From NCBI RefSeq assembly GCF_022647565.1, contig NZ_JALCLA010000001.1: DNA of 64,000 bases. One strand, 5' to 3'. This document shows, piece by piece, positions 45,368-55,758 of this stretch. Numbering within the stretch: position 1 is the stretch's first letter; every line of letters begins with the position of its first letter. The notes under the pieces are model-generated. The model saw nothing but the letters and a program-made list of their open reading frames with translations, did not search any database and was not told the origin of the DNA. Made by a program: the position numbers and the translations under genes. The stretch is from Chiayiivirga sp. GTDB lineage: Bacteria; Pseudomonadota; Gammaproteobacteria; Xanthomonadales; Xanthomonadaceae.

Positions 45368-45862
45368 TCAGGGCGCAGCATCCGCCTGCATCCGGCTCGT
45401 GTACTCGTGCTTGGATCCGCCATGGGCTTCGAAGATGGCGCGATGCGCACGATAGGACCAGGCATCGTCGCGATCGTAGTAGCCCGCCACCCAGGCCTGC
45501 AGCTTTGACAGCATCGAGTTCTGCAATTCCATCGACGCGTATTTGTGCGGTTCCCACGGTCGCTGCCGGTTATTGCCCAGGCAAGCGTCCAGGCCGGGAT
45601 TCAGGAACACCAGTTGGCTGCAATGTGGGGCGGCCGCCTCCACCAGTTCTCCGTAGCAGCCTTCGATGACCCAGGCCGGGGTGGTGGCGATGAACTGCGA
45701 CAGTGCCGCGCGCACCTCGTCGGGCTCGCGCGCGACGGCGATCTTGCCCGGCACCCAGACGATGGAGTCGAGGTCCAGATGCGTCAGCCCGTGTCGTTCC
45801 GACAGGGCGCGGGCGTAGGTGCTCTTGCCGGATCCTGAGTTGCCGTAGACGAGAATCTTCAT
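45368..45862 (-). CDS. P-loop NTPase, adenylate/shikimate-kinase-like (topology-modulation-protein-like)
   Basis: Walker A GNSGSGKST at the N-terminus; 164 aa. Confidence 0.7.
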   Translation of the reverse strand: MKILVYGNSGSGKSTYARALSERHGLTHLDLDSIVWVPGKIAVAREPDEVRAALSQFIATTPAWVIEGCYGELVEAAAPHCSQLVFLNPGLDACLGNNRQRPWEPHKYASMELQNSMLSKLQAWVAGYYDRDDAWSYRAHRAIFEAHGGSKHEYTSRMQADAAP

Positions 45863-46044
45863 GCGACCGTTGCCGTGGTGCGGATCAGCTCGAGCGAGGT
45901 CTGCGCGAGCACCTGGAGCCAGCTCACGCGGTCGCAGGGTTTGGTGCGATACACGTCTTCCTGGTGCGGCCTGGTTGACATGCGCAACGGCAGTCCCGAC
46001 TGTGGACCGTCCAGCCCGCGGTTGCGGATCGCCAGCGCCTCGCG

Positions 46045-47895
46045 TTATTCCCCGCGCGGCTTGCGCTTGTGCGGCGGCTTGCCGGCGTGGCGTTCGAAGC
46101 GCGCCCCGGGGCCGAAGTCGCGCTTGATCTTCGGTGCCGGCGGCAGTTCGCCGCTGTGGCGCTTGATGCGCAGGCGTTGGCCCGCCACCCAGACGCTCTG
46201 CAGGTGTTGCAGGATGTCATCCGGCATTCCGCGCGGCAGGTCGATGTAGGTGTGATCGTCACGGATGTCGATGCGGCCGATGTGGCGCGATTCGAGGCCG
46301 GCTTCGTTTGCGATGGCGCCGACGATATTGCCGGGCTTGACCCGGTGCGCATGTCCGACTTCGATGCGGAAGGTCTCGAGATTGGCATCGGTGATCTGGG
46401 CGCGCGGTCGCGGTGCGCGATCCTCGCGTTCGCCCGCGGCATGGCGTTCGACGCGCGGGCCGCGATCCTCGCGCTCGAAGCGCGGCGCTCGCTCGGGGCG
46501 TTCGCCACGTTCCGGACGATCCTCGAACCGCTTGCGCGGCGGGTCGGGCTTGAGCAGCAGCGGCGTATCGCCTTGCAGCAGGCGCGCCAGCGCCGCGGCG
46601 ATTTCGATCGCGGGCACGTTCTGCTCGCGTTCGAACTGTTCGATCAGCGCCTGGAAGGGCCCGATGTCTTCCATCGACAAGGCGTCGCGGATGCGCTGCT
46701 TGAACTTGTTGAGGCGCTGGTCGTTGACGGTTTCGACCGAGGGCAGCTCCATCTGGGTGATGGGCTGGCGCGTGGCGCGTTCGATCGCGCGCAACATGCC
46801 GCGCTCGCGCGGCGCGACGAACAGGATCGCATCGCCGGTGCGGCCGGCGCGGCCAGTGCGGCCGATGCGGTGCACGTAGCTTTCGGTGTCGTAGGGAATG
46901 TCGTAGTTCACCACGTGGCTGATGCGTTCCACGTCGAGCCCGCGTGCGGCGACGTCCGTGGCCACGAGGATGTCGAGCTGGCCGTCCTTGAGCTTCTGCA
47001 CCGCTTTCTCGCGCAGCGGCTGCGCGATGTCGCCGTTGATCGCGCTGGCGGCGAAGCCGCGCGCGGAGAGCTTCTCGGCCAGTTCTTCGGTGGCCTGCTT
47101 GGTGCGGGCGAAGATGATCATGCCGTCGAAGGTTTCGGCTTCGAGGATGCGGGTGAGCGCATCGAGCTTGTGCAGGCCGCTCACCAGCCAGTAGCGCTGG
47201 CGGATGTTGTCGGCGGTGCGGGTCTTGGCCGCGATGGTGATTTCGGCCGGATCGCGCAGATAGGTCTGCGCGATGCGCTTGATCTGCGCCGGCATCGTGG
47301 CCGAGAACAGGCAGGTCTGGCGTTGCGCCGGGGTCTTCTGCAGGATCTTCTCGACATCGTCGATGAAGCCCATGCGCAGCATCTCGTCGGCTTCGTCCAG
47401 CACCAGATGCTTGAGCTGGGACAAGTCGAGCGAGCCACGCTCGAGGTGATCGATGATGCGTCCCGGCGTGCCCACCACGACGTGCACGCCGCGCTTGAGC
47501 GCGTGCAGTTGCCCGCCGTAGGCCTGGCCGCCGTAGACCGGCAGCACGTGGAAGCCGGGCAGGTGGGTGGCGTACTTCTGGAACGCCTCGGCCACCTGGA
47601 TCGCGAGCTCGCGCGTGGGCGTCAATACCAGCGCCTGCGGCAGGCCGTTGTTGGTATCGATCCGCGCCAGGATCGGCAGGGCGAAGGCCGCGGTCTTGCC
47701 GGTGCCGGTCTGGGCCTGGCCCAGCAAGTCGCGTCCGGATAGCAGCGGCGGGATCGTTGCGGCCTGGATCGGCGAGGGAGATTCGTAGCCGACATCCTTC
47801 AGCGCGCGCAACAGCGGCGCGGGCAGCGCGAGGTCGTCGAACGACAGGGCGCGGTTGTCCGCGGTGGAATCTTCGGGGGTGCGGGGCGCGGACAT
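46045..47895 (-). CDS. deaD: DEAD-box ATP-dependent RNA helicase DeaD/CsdA type with C-terminal DbpA-like RNA-binding domain
   Basis: Q motif, AQTGTGKT, PTRELA, DEAD, SAT, HRIGRTGRAG; Arg/Glu-rich linker; C-terminal DbpA-like RBD. Start at the internal ATG 47895. Confidence 0.9.
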   Translation of the reverse strand: MSAPRTPEDSTADNRALSFDDLALPAPLLRALKDVGYESPSPIQAATIPPLLSGRDLLGQAQTGTGKTAAFALPILARIDTNNGLPQALVLTPTRELAIQVAEAFQKYATHLPGFHVLPVYGGQAYGGQLHALKRGVHVVVGTPGRIIDHLERGSLDLSQLKHLVLDEADEMLRMGFIDDVEKILQKTPAQRQTCLFSATMPAQIKRIAQTYLRDPAEITIAAKTRTADNIRQRYWLVSGLHKLDALTRILEAETFDGMIIFARTKQATEELAEKLSARGFAASAINGDIAQPLREKAVQKLKDGQLDILVATDVAARGLDVERISHVVNYDIPYDTESYVHRIGRTGRAGRTGDAILFVAPRERGMLRAIERATRQPITQMELPSVETVNDQRLNKFKQRIRDALSMEDIGPFQALIEQFEREQNVPAIEIAAALARLLQGDTPLLLKPDPPRKRFEDRPERGERPERAPRFEREDRGPRVERHAAGEREDRAPRPRAQITDANLETFRIEVGHAHRVKPGNIVGAIANEAGLESRHIGRIDIRDDHTYIDLPRGMPDDILQHLQSVWVAGQRLRIKRHSGELPPAPKIKRDFGPGARFERHAGKPPHKRKPRGE

Positions 47896-47942
47896 GGCGC
47901 GATTATCCGCCAGATACGGGGTCCAAGGCGAATTTCCGACGC

Positions 47943-48431
47943 TTACGGGCGTTCGAAATGCCAGGATTGCATGCGGCCTTCGCGGTAGGGCATCACTCCG
48001 TGGAAGGGGCGCGGGTCGGCATCGAACACCAAGGGCAGGAAGTGGCGATCGCCCTCCCACAGCGGCAGGTCGGCGATACGTTCCAGTTCGATCCATTCGA
48101 GCGTGCCTTCGGCATTGCGTGGCGGCGGCGTGCCCTCGAAGGCGGTGACGAGGAACAGGAAGCCGAGCCAGTCCTCGCCATGCTTGCCGAATCCCGGCCA
48201 GCTCAGAGTGCCGCGCAACTGCATCGACCTGGCCTCGATCCCGGCTTCCTCGCGCAGTTCGCGTCGCATGCAGGCGGCCACGTCCTCGTCACGTTCCATC
48301 TTTCCGCCGAGACCGTTGTACTTGCCCAGGTGCAGGTCGCCGGGGCGTGCATTGCGATGCACTAGCAACACGCGCTTGCGGTCCGGCGATAGCACGTAAC
48401 CCAGCGTGGCGAGGATCGGGGTATAGGGCAT
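47943..48431 (-). CDS. NUDIX hydrolase
   Basis: Nudix box GGKMERDEDVAACMRRELREEAGI. Start at the internal ATG 48431; the track extension upstream looks non-coding. Confidence 0.8.
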   Translation of the reverse strand: MPYTPILATLGYVLSPDRKRVLLVHRNARPGDLHLGKYNGLGGKMERDEDVAACMRRELREEAGIEARSMQLRGTLSWPGFGKHGEDWLGFLFLVTAFEGTPPPRNAEGTLEWIELERIADLPLWEGDRHFLPLVFDADPRPFHGVMPYREGRMQSWHFERP

Positions 48432-48549
48432 GTCGGTCTCTTGGCAGCAGGGAATGCATCGACGCACGACGATACCCGTTCCGGTGGCCGCAGGGTTCTC
48501 GCTGGCCGCGCCACTCGGGTAAGGTGGCGGCCTCTCCCGCGGGGCAGGC

Positions 48550-49842
48550 ATGAACGCGATCGTCGCAGGCTGGTTTGGCATCCGGTTCTGGAAGCGGGTC
48601 CTGGGCGCTTTCGTGCTCGGTGCCCTGGTGGGCTGGTTGATGGGGCCGACGGCCGTCACCTGGTTGCAGCCGCTGGGCACGCTGTATGTCAACGCGATAC
48701 GGATGATCGCCACCCCGCTGGTGTTCTTCGCCGTGGTGAACGCAGTGGCAAGCCTGTCCGGGCAGAAGTCGGTGGCGGCACTCGGTGGTCGCACCTTCGC
48801 CTGGTTTGCCGCCACTGCAATCCTGGCGGTGGGCATGGGCCTCGCGATCGGCTGGCTGCTCGATCCCGGCGTGGGTGTCGGCCAGCTTGCAGTGGCCGAC
48901 AACTACACGCCGAAAGTGGTGCCAGGCCCGGTGCAGGTGCTGCTCGACGTGGTGCCGGCCAATCCCTTCATGGCGTTGGCGGAAGGCAAGATCTTGCAGG
49001 TCATCTTCTTCGCCGCGCTGCTCGGCTTCGCGCTGGTGGCACTGGGCGACAAGAGCACGAAGTTGCGCGCGCTGTTCGGCGAGGCCAGCGAAGCCATGAT
49101 CCAGCTCACGCGCTACGTGCTGGAACTCACGCCACTGGGCACCTTCGGCCTGATCGCGGCGCTGGTGGGCGGCTATGGCTTTGAACGCCTGTTGCCGCTC
49201 GGCAGCTTCGTGTTCGCGTTGTACCTGGCCTGCGCGCTGCACATCGTGCTGACCTACGCCGGATTGCTCGTCCTGCACGGCTTGAATCCGCTGAAGTTCC
49301 TGCGCGGGGCGGCACCGGGCATGCAGGTCGCGTTCGTGAGTTCGTCAAGTTTCGCGTCGCTGCCGGTGTCCTTGCGCTGCGTCACGCACAACCTCGGGGT
49401 GAATCGCGATTACGCCGCGTTCGCGGTGCCGCTCGGTGCCAGCATCAAGATGGACGGCTGCGGCGCGATCTATCCCGCGCTCACCTCGATCTTCGTGGCG
49501 CAGTATTTCAATCTCGAACTTGGCGCCTCGCAGTATTTCGTCATCCTGCTGGCCTCGGTGCTGGGCAGTTTCGGCACCGCCGGCGTGCCGGGCACGGCGA
49601 TGGTGATGGCCACCGTGGTGCTGAGCGCCGCGGGCCTGCCGCTCGAAGGCATCGGCTTTCTCGTCGCGATCGACCGCGTGCTCGACATGATGCGCACGAT
49701 GACCAATGTCACCGGGCAGATGCTGGTGCCGGTGCTGGTGGCGAAGGAAGCCGGGTTGCTGGATCAAGCGGTTTACGACGCGGGCGGCAGCGAGGTCGGG
49801 ATCGCCCCCGGGTTTGCCGACGCTTCGCGCGAAACCAGCTGA
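48550..49842 (+). CDS. Dicarboxylate/amino-acid:cation symporter (DAACS; GltP/DctA-like)
   Basis: ~8 TM plus re-entrant loops; conserved ASSSFASLP and GVPGTAMVMATVV motifs. Confidence 0.88.
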   Translation: MNAIVAGWFGIRFWKRVLGAFVLGALVGWLMGPTAVTWLQPLGTLYVNAIRMIATPLVFFAVVNAVASLSGQKSVAALGGRTFAWFAATAILAVGMGLAIGWLLDPGVGVGQLAVADNYTPKVVPGPVQVLLDVVPANPFMALAEGKILQVIFFAALLGFALVALGDKSTKLRALFGEASEAMIQLTRYVLELTPLGTFGLIAALVGGYGFERLLPLGSFVFALYLACALHIVLTYAGLLVLHGLNPLKFLRGAAPGMQVAFVSSSSFASLPVSLRCVTHNLGVNRDYAAFAVPLGASIKMDGCGAIYPALTSIFVAQYFNLELGASQYFVILLASVLGSFGTAGVPGTAMVMATVVLSAAGLPLEGIGFLVAIDRVLDMMRTMTNVTGQMLVPVLVAKEAGLLDQAVYDAGGSEVGIAPGFADASRETS

Positions 49843-49863
49843 ACCCACGTACGGAGTCCATGC

Positions 49864-50418
49864 ATGAGGCTGCCTGCGCTTGCTCTCGCCCTTGTTGCCG
49901 TCGCGCTCGCGAGCGGTTGCGCCAGTGCGCCCGAGCGCACCCAGCCACCCAGCGGGCAGGTCGGTGTAAGCGAAGTCGATTCGGCAGTGCCTGCGGAAGC
50001 GCGCATGACCCTGGCGCAGAACGAACGCTTCCAGGCCCCTTTGCCGAGGTCGGGCAACGCCCTTCCCGACTATCCGCGCGCACTGCTGGCGCAGCGCCTC
50101 GCGCCACAGGCGCTCTGCCTGCGAGTGAGCATCGACGAACGGGGAGGGGTGTCGGATACCGTGCCCGTGGCGACCGGACCGGACTGCCCGGCGATCGAAC
50201 AGGTGCCGCCCGCGTTCTTCGAGTCGGCGCAGGCGGCCGCACGCACCTGGCGCTTCGATCCGGCGTTCCGCTGCATCTATCCCGAAGGCACGGCACCCGA
50301 TCCGCAGGGCGGCTGCTGGGGCGATGGCGTACGCGAGGAGGCGCAGGCAGTGAGCCTGGCCTATCGTTTCGTGTTCGAGCAGATCGATGGCCGGGGCCAG
50401 GTGCGACTGGGTGAATGA
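49864..50418 (+). CDS. Lipoprotein, hypothetical (possible TonB-C-like fold)
   Basis: Lipobox LASGC; ACGGAG RBS. No diagnostic motif was recognised. Confidence 0.55.
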   Translation: MRLPALALALVAVALASGCASAPERTQPPSGQVGVSEVDSAVPAEARMTLAQNERFQAPLPRSGNALPDYPRALLAQRLAPQALCLRVSIDERGGVSDTVPVATGPDCPAIEQVPPAFFESAQAAARTWRFDPAFRCIYPEGTAPDPQGGCWGDGVREEAQAVSLAYRFVFEQIDGRGQVRLGE

Positions 50419-50445
50419 TCGGCGCACGCACAAGGCCGGGGTGAT

Positions 50446-50808
50446 GTGGTGAGGCGCTGGCCCTACCTGTTGCTGGCGTGGATCGCGCTCGCCCTGGGCG
50501 TGATCGGCATCGTGGTGCCGGGATTACCCACCACGCCCTTCGTGCTGCTCGCGGCCTGGGCCGCGGCGCGTGGCTCGACGCGCTTGCACCACTGGCTGCA
50601 GACGCATCGCGTCTTCGGCCCGATGATCCGCGACTGGCAGGCCCAGGGCGCGGTGTCGCGTCGTGCGAAATGGAGCGCCACCGTGGCGATGGTCGCGTGT
50701 TCCGCGATCTTCTTCCTCACCGCACCGCGTTGGTGGATGGCTGCGCTCGGCACCACGATCATGACGCTGGTGGCGGTGTGGCTATGGCGGCGGCCCGAGC
50801 CGCGCTGA
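50446..50808 (+). CDS. DUF454 (YbaN) family inner-membrane protein
   Basis: 120 aa, 2-3 TM, GIVVPGLPTTPFVLLAAW motif. GTG start. Confidence 0.75.
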   Translation: MVRRWPYLLLAWIALALGVIGIVVPGLPTTPFVLLAAWAAARGSTRLHHWLQTHRVFGPMIRDWQAQGAVSRRAKWSATVAMVACSAIFFLTAPRWWMAALGTTIMTLVAVWLWRRPEPR

Positions 50809-50871
50809 GGCACGGCTCGGGCCAACGGCGCAACGGATTGCTCCGCCAGAACTACCTCGCCGCTGCAACCG

Positions 50872-52116
50872 CTACGGCCACGGTTCTGGCGCCGCGTCGG
50901 CCTGCAAGGTGTAGGCCCCGCAGTCGCGCTCCAGGCCTGCCGGCACCGCGGTAAGACGCTGGACGTAGATGGCACCGCGCGCGGCCGCGGGGTCGTCGGG
51001 ATTGTGGATGACCGCGCCACTCCAGCAATTGGCGAAACCGGCGGTGGCCGTGCCCCAGCGCTTGCGTTGTACGCGTTGCGGATTCTCGATCGAGCCCATG
51101 ATCCCGCCTTCGGTCTCATACAACTCGACCTCGGCGCTGAGGTAGTCGATCGTGCCGACGCCGGTCAGCCATTTCTGTCGCCCGCTGCCGTCGGGCTCGT
51201 AGGTGAACCAAGTGAGCGAGAGCTTGGGTGCGGCGGCATCGAAGATCTCGATCTGGAAGCCTTCGCCCGAGCGCGCCGGGTCGTACCAGGCGCCGGAGAA
51301 GTACGAACTCAGGCGGCTGCTGAGGCGGAAGCGATTGAGCCGGAATCCCGGGCGGGTGAAGTCGCCGAGGATGGGGTCGACGCGATGCCGCGTGGCGCAA
51401 TCGGTGCCTGAGTGATAGCGAGCCGTGCCGCCCAGCACACGCTGGGGACTGCCATTGGGATTGCGCATCGAGCCATTGAAGCCGGGATGTTCGAGGATGA
51501 CGTCGTCGGTGGCGATGCCGATATCCGTCCCGCCGAGCTGATCGAACCCCCCGATATCGGTCTCGTCGTTGAGCCGGGTTCCCGCATCCAGCACATCGGC
51601 CCCCGTCAACTCGATGACGATGGGCCCCTGAAACACCCCGTTCTCGTCAAACACTTCGTGCGCCATGGGGTTGTCGTTGCCGACAAAGGCATCGTCTGCC
51701 GGAAAGACTCGAGCGAGGTAGCTCAGGTACCGATGCTTCACCGGGTCCAGGTTCTGCTCTCGCGCGTCGAACTGCAGCAGATCTGGGTTCTGAAAACACA
51801 GGCCACGTTCGACGTATGAGACAAACCCGGTTGGGTGGGATGCGAGAAACTCGTCGCGGAAGCGGATGACGCCGAGTCCCTGCGCAAGCGCCGCGACGCC
51901 CTGGCTGGCTTTGGCACCGACATCGAACGCATCGAAGCTGCCGTCATGCAGGAAGTAGGTCGCGGCGAAGACGATCACGCTGTGATCGCCTTGCACTCCT
52001 TGCGTATTCTCCGCCTCGAAGATGGTCGGCACCGGTTCTGCGGCGATCGAGGTCAGGGGCGTCAACGCCCCCGATCCGCCGGCCAGCACGGCGAGCAACA
52101 CGTATCGGCGCCACAT
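50872..52116 (-). CDS. Secreted hypothetical protein (414 aa)
   Basis: Signal peptide MWRRYVLLAVLAGGSGALTPLTSIAA. No family was recognised with confidence. Confidence 0.55.
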   Translation of the reverse strand: MWRRYVLLAVLAGGSGALTPLTSIAAEPVPTIFEAENTQGVQGDHSVIVFAATYFLHDGSFDAFDVGAKASQGVAALAQGLGVIRFRDEFLASHPTGFVSYVERGLCFQNPDLLQFDAREQNLDPVKHRYLSYLARVFPADDAFVGNDNPMAHEVFDENGVFQGPIVIELTGADVLDAGTRLNDETDIGGFDQLGGTDIGIATDDVILEHPGFNGSMRNPNGSPQRVLGGTARYHSGTDCATRHRVDPILGDFTRPGFRLNRFRLSSRLSSYFSGAWYDPARSGEGFQIEIFDAAAPKLSLTWFTYEPDGSGRQKWLTGVGTIDYLSAEVELYETEGGIMGSIENPQRVQRKRWGTATAGFANCWSGAVIHNPDDPAAARGAIYVQRLTAVPAGLERDCGAYTLQADAAPEPWP

Positions 52117-52117
52117 G

Positions 52118-52774
52118 TCAGAGACAGCCGTTGTAGTAGGTGGCGGTCTGGTTGCCGAGTTTCCATGCACCGCAACTCACGCCGTTGCAGGCGCGCACGC
52201 GGATGTAGCGCGTCCCGGGCACGTCGATCATGCGATAGCTGCCGGTGTTTCCGCCGCTGTGAACCCAATCGGCGTGCACCTGACCGACGGTGGTGCGCAG
52301 GAAGTCCATGCCCTCGGTCTCTTGCGCCACCGACGCGACCACCGGGAGCTTGGCCAGTTGACTCAGTTCGCTGGCATCGAGCAGCAGGGAGACAAACGGC
52401 AGTCCGTCGATGCGGTTGATGTAGCCGGCTTCACTGCGCGCAAATCGCGCGCCCAGCGCATTGGCGAGCTGATCCTGGCGTCGCGTAACGGCTGCGTTGT
52501 ACTGCGCTTCGGCGCGCGGATTGCGAGTGCGAGTCACGATGTCGACGCGATCGCTCGGATCCAGCGCCAGCTCCACCATGACACGAACCCGGTCATTGGG
52601 GCGGGAGTTTGCGACCTCGATCAGATTGCTGATTTCGCGTTCGAACAAGTTCCCAAGATCGTTGCGTGAAGCCACGAGGCGAGTCTCAGTTTGGGTGGAT
52701 GGAGGAGGGTGCGCAGCCGCTGGATTGGCGGCGAGCGCAAGCGATAGCACAGCAAAAAGACGCAGGGTATCCAT
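52118..52774 (-). CDS. Secreted hypothetical protein (218 aa), directly upstream of the 50872..52116 gene in the same transcription direction (probable operon)
   Basis: Signal peptide MDTLRLFAVLSLALAANPAAA. Its stop abuts the next gene's start. Confidence 0.5.
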   Translation of the reverse strand: MDTLRLFAVLSLALAANPAAAHPPPSTQTETRLVASRNDLGNLFEREISNLIEVANSRPNDRVRVMVELALDPSDRVDIVTRTRNPRAEAQYNAAVTRRQDQLANALGARFARSEAGYINRIDGLPFVSLLLDASELSQLAKLPVVASVAQETEGMDFLRTTVGQVHADWVHSGGNTGSYRMIDVPGTRYIRVRACNGVSCGAWKLGNQTATYYNGCL

Positions 52775-53115
52775 CTGTTTTGAGATCCATTGAGTGGCTG
52801 GAATTCGGCCGGCCTCGATCCTAGCAGCGGATAGTTTCTGGTCGTGTTTGGAATGCGTTCGCTACCGTCGCCGCAGGGGGCTGGGTTCAGCTACGCCCGA
52901 TCATCCTGCCGCTCGGTGCGTGAACCGATTCGTCTTGCGCGACACGGCGATAGTCGACGGACACCGTTGCACAACACCGGCAACGCGATCATGGCGGTGG
53001 TCACGGGCGCAGCCGTGCCGATCAGTCTTGCGCCGCTCCCGCGCGCGTGCCAACGGCGTGGGTGAGGGCGATGTGCGAATTGCTGCGCAAGCGCGCGGCT
53101 TCACCCTCACTCCAA

Positions 53116-53139
53116 CCCTCTCCCGCCAGCGGGAGAGGG
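53116..53139. terminator. 10 bp perfect GC stem-loop CCCTCTCCCG-ccag-CGGGAGAGGG, 9 nt downstream of the rhlE stop
   Basis: On the rhlE (minus) strand no U-tract follows it, so intrinsic-terminator status is uncertain. Confidence 0.35.
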
Positions 53140-53148
53140 GACAGTGCT

Positions 53149-54480
53149 TCAGCGCGCGCCGTGGTCGCGTCGTCCGCCGCCGTGTCCGCGCGGAGCGCCG
53201 CCGGTGCGTTGCTTCGGGCCGGCGTGAGCGTGGGTGCTGCGCGGGGCGCTGGCATGCGGACGACGTGCATGCTGCTGGCCGCGCGGCGGCTGGTTGGTCG
53301 GACGGCGTGCCGCAGCCACCGAACCATTCATCTGCAGCGGCTTGGACGGCGCGTAGCCTTCCACCACGCGCATCTCGATGTCCTGCTTCAGCAGGCGTTG
53401 GATTTCGCGCAGCAACGGGCCTTCTTCCGGTGCCACCAGCGAGATCGCTTCGCCCGTGCTGCCATTGCGGCCGGTGCGGCCGATGCGGTGCACGTAGTCT
53501 TCGGCAATCGTCGGCAAGTCGTAGTTGATGACCCAGGGCAACTGGTCGATGTCGATGCCGCGCGCGGCGATGTCGGTGGCCACCAGCACGGTGCACTTGC
53601 CGCTCTTGAAGTCGGTGAGGGCGCGAACGCGTGCGCCTTGCGACTTGTTGCCGTGGATCGCGGCCGAACGGATGCCGGCTTTTTCCAGCTGCTCCGCCAG
53701 TCGATTTGCGCCGTGCTTGGTGCGGGTGAAGACGAGCGTCTGGCGACGGCTGTCGACCGCGAGCAGATCCAGCAGCAGGTCACGCTTGCGCGCGTTGTCG
53801 ACCGGGTGGGCGCGATGCGTCACCGTGGCCACGATGCTGTTGCGCGCCGCGATCTGCACTTCGACCGGATCGCGCATGAACTGCTGCGCGAGCTGTTTGA
53901 CGGCGTCTTCGAACGTGGCCGAGAACAGCAAGGTCTGGCGGTTCTGTTTCGGCAGCACGCCAAGGATGCGTTTCATCGCCGGCAAAAAGCCCATGTCGAG
54001 CATGCGGTCGGCTTCGTCCAGCACCAGCAATTCGATCTTCGACAAATCGACGGTGCGCTGTTCCATGTGATCGATCAGGCGTCCCGGCGTGGCGACCACG
54101 ATGTCGACGCCCTTGCGCAGCGAGTCGATCTGCGGATGCATGCCGGCGCCGCCGTAGATCGCGGTGGCGAACAGCTTGAGGTGTTTGCCGTAACCGCGGA
54201 TGCTTTCGTGCACCTGCAGCGCCAGTTCGCGCGTCGGGGTCAGCACCAGAGCGCGCGGCGCACGCGGCCCGCGCTTGGGTTCGTTGCCGGCCAGGCGCTG
54301 CAACAGCGGCAGCGAGAAGGCGGCGGTCTTGCCGGTGCCGGTCTGCGCGCCGGCGAGCAGATCGTGGCCCTTCAGCGCCAGCGGGATGGATTCGGATTGG
54401 ATCGCGGTCGGCGTTTCGTAGCCGAGTTCTGACAGCGCGCGGACCAGCCCGGGCGAAAGCCCGAGGGAGGAAAACGACAT
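53149..54480 (-). CDS. rhlE: DEAD-box ATP-dependent RNA helicase RhlE
   Basis: GFxxPTxIQ Q-motif region, AQTGTGKT, PTRELA, DEAD, SAT, HRIGRTGRNG; basic Gly/Arg-rich C-terminal tail. Confidence 0.9.
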   Translation of the reverse strand: MSFSSLGLSPGLVRALSELGYETPTAIQSESIPLALKGHDLLAGAQTGTGKTAAFSLPLLQRLAGNEPKRGPRAPRALVLTPTRELALQVHESIRGYGKHLKLFATAIYGGAGMHPQIDSLRKGVDIVVATPGRLIDHMEQRTVDLSKIELLVLDEADRMLDMGFLPAMKRILGVLPKQNRQTLLFSATFEDAVKQLAQQFMRDPVEVQIAARNSIVATVTHRAHPVDNARKRDLLLDLLAVDSRRQTLVFTRTKHGANRLAEQLEKAGIRSAAIHGNKSQGARVRALTDFKSGKCTVLVATDIAARGIDIDQLPWVINYDLPTIAEDYVHRIGRTGRNGSTGEAISLVAPEEGPLLREIQRLLKQDIEMRVVEGYAPSKPLQMNGSVAAARRPTNQPPRGQQHARRPHASAPRSTHAHAGPKQRTGGAPRGHGGGRRDHGAR

Positions 54481-54840
54481 GATGAAGCTCCCGGACGCAT
54501 GGCGTCCTGTGTACCCGGAGCGTTCCCTAAACCTGCGCTGCGAGTGAACGATGAACGGATTCCCGCCGACGGCGGACAGATCCGTGTTTGCGCCAGGCGG
54601 CGTGCGGCGAGGGGCGGCGCGGAGCAGGGCGAGGCCCGAGGGCTAGCCTGATCCAGCGCGGCGGACCGAAGGGAAAACGGACGGCCGGTGCGCAAACGGG
54701 GCGCACTGTACTTGATGCGCCGCAGCAAAGCCAGCGGGGAGGCACCCGGGGAGCCGTGACGTTGGCGCGCCGTTCACGTCGGGATGAGCGCGCTTGATCG
54801 GGGTCAATGCCGGCCTGGGCTGCCCTGTCATGCTGGTGTC

Positions 54841-55758
54841 ATGTCCTTGCCATACACGATGAGGTCGGAACCCGATCCCGGGGTCGTGTTGCGCCCGCCG
54901 GCGCTGCGATCGTCGTCAGCGCGAGGAAAACGCTTGTCCTCTCACCGAATCAGTCCCGGTAACCGGCTGGAGCAACTGGCGCGTACCGAGCTGGGCGAAT
55001 TGCGGAACCAGTTGCTGCTGGCCCGGGGCGGCCGAGACCGCGCCTTGCATCGGGTGCGCAAGACCCTGCAACGGCTTCGAGCCATCGTGCGTTTGCTGGA
55101 ACCGATTGATCCGGCCCTTGCCGAGCGCGAGAACCTGCGGTTGCGACGCATGCGCCGAAGCCTTGGGCCGCTGCGTGACGCGGCCGCACGACGACAGACC
55201 TTCCTGTTGCTCGCCTCGCGCCCCCGCTGGCGTGCCCATGCCGACCAGTTGCGCGCGCTGGCAAGAAGCGAAGCCAAATGCCGCGAGCAGGTGTGGGCGG
55301 AATATCCGGCCGGGGCGGCGCTGTGGCGTCGGCTGGAACAGGAGTGTGTCGCTCTGGAAATACGCCTGGCGCAATGGCCGTTCCAGACGCTGGACGCGGC
55401 CGTGGCGCATCAGGCGCTGGCGAAGGCAGGGAAGCGGGCACGTCGTGACATCCGCATTGCCCGGGGCCTGCATGGGCGCGAGCGGCGGCACGCCTTGCGC
55501 CGCAAGCTGCGCCGTCTTGCCAACCTGCAACGCACGGCGGCCTTTGCCCTGCAGCGGTCCGATGATGCCGCTCGCGCGCTGCTTGGCCTGGCCAAGCGCT
55601 GCGGGCACGAAGGCGACCTGTGGATGGCGGTGGCCAGCGTACGTCGCGTGGCGCGCGAACGCCCGGCGTTCCGGCCCTTGCTGCGCGAGCTTGAGGCGGA
55701 GCGGCGCGCGGCGTGTGCGCGGCACGACCGACAACTGCATCGGGCCGGACTGGACTGA
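54841..55758 (+). CDS. CHAD domain protein
   Basis: Helical Arg/Leu-rich protein with the CHAD-like LHRVRKTLQRLRAIVRLL and RRLRRSLGPLRDAAARRQ segments. Start uncertain: ATG at 54841 or 54784. Confidence 0.65.
   Translation: MSLPYTMRSEPDPGVVLRPPALRSSSARGKRLSSHRISPGNRLEQLARTELGELRNQLLLARGGRDRALHRVRKTLQRLRAIVRLLEPIDPALAERENLRLRRMRRSLGPLRDAAARRQTFLLLASRPRWRAHADQLRALARSEAKCREQVWAEYPAGAALWRRLEQECVALEIRLAQWPFQTLDAAVAHQALAKAGKRARRDIRIARGLHGRERRHALRRKLRRLANLQRTAAFALQRSDDAARALLGLAKRCGHEGDLWMAVASVRRVARERPAFRPLLRELEAERRAACARHDRQLHRAGLD

Noticed and set aside
52775-53148. 374 bp gap downstream of rhlE as a possible sRNA or tRNA locus
   Set aside because: It contains only a GC stem-loop and short imperfect palindromes, with no tRNA-like features. 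It is kept only as a putative terminator.
53149-54480. Plus-strand ORFs overlapping rhlE (53047..54432, 461 aa) and similar large ORFs antisense to deaD (46069..47742)
   Set aside because: They are antisense to helicase genes with complete motif sets; GC-rich artefacts.
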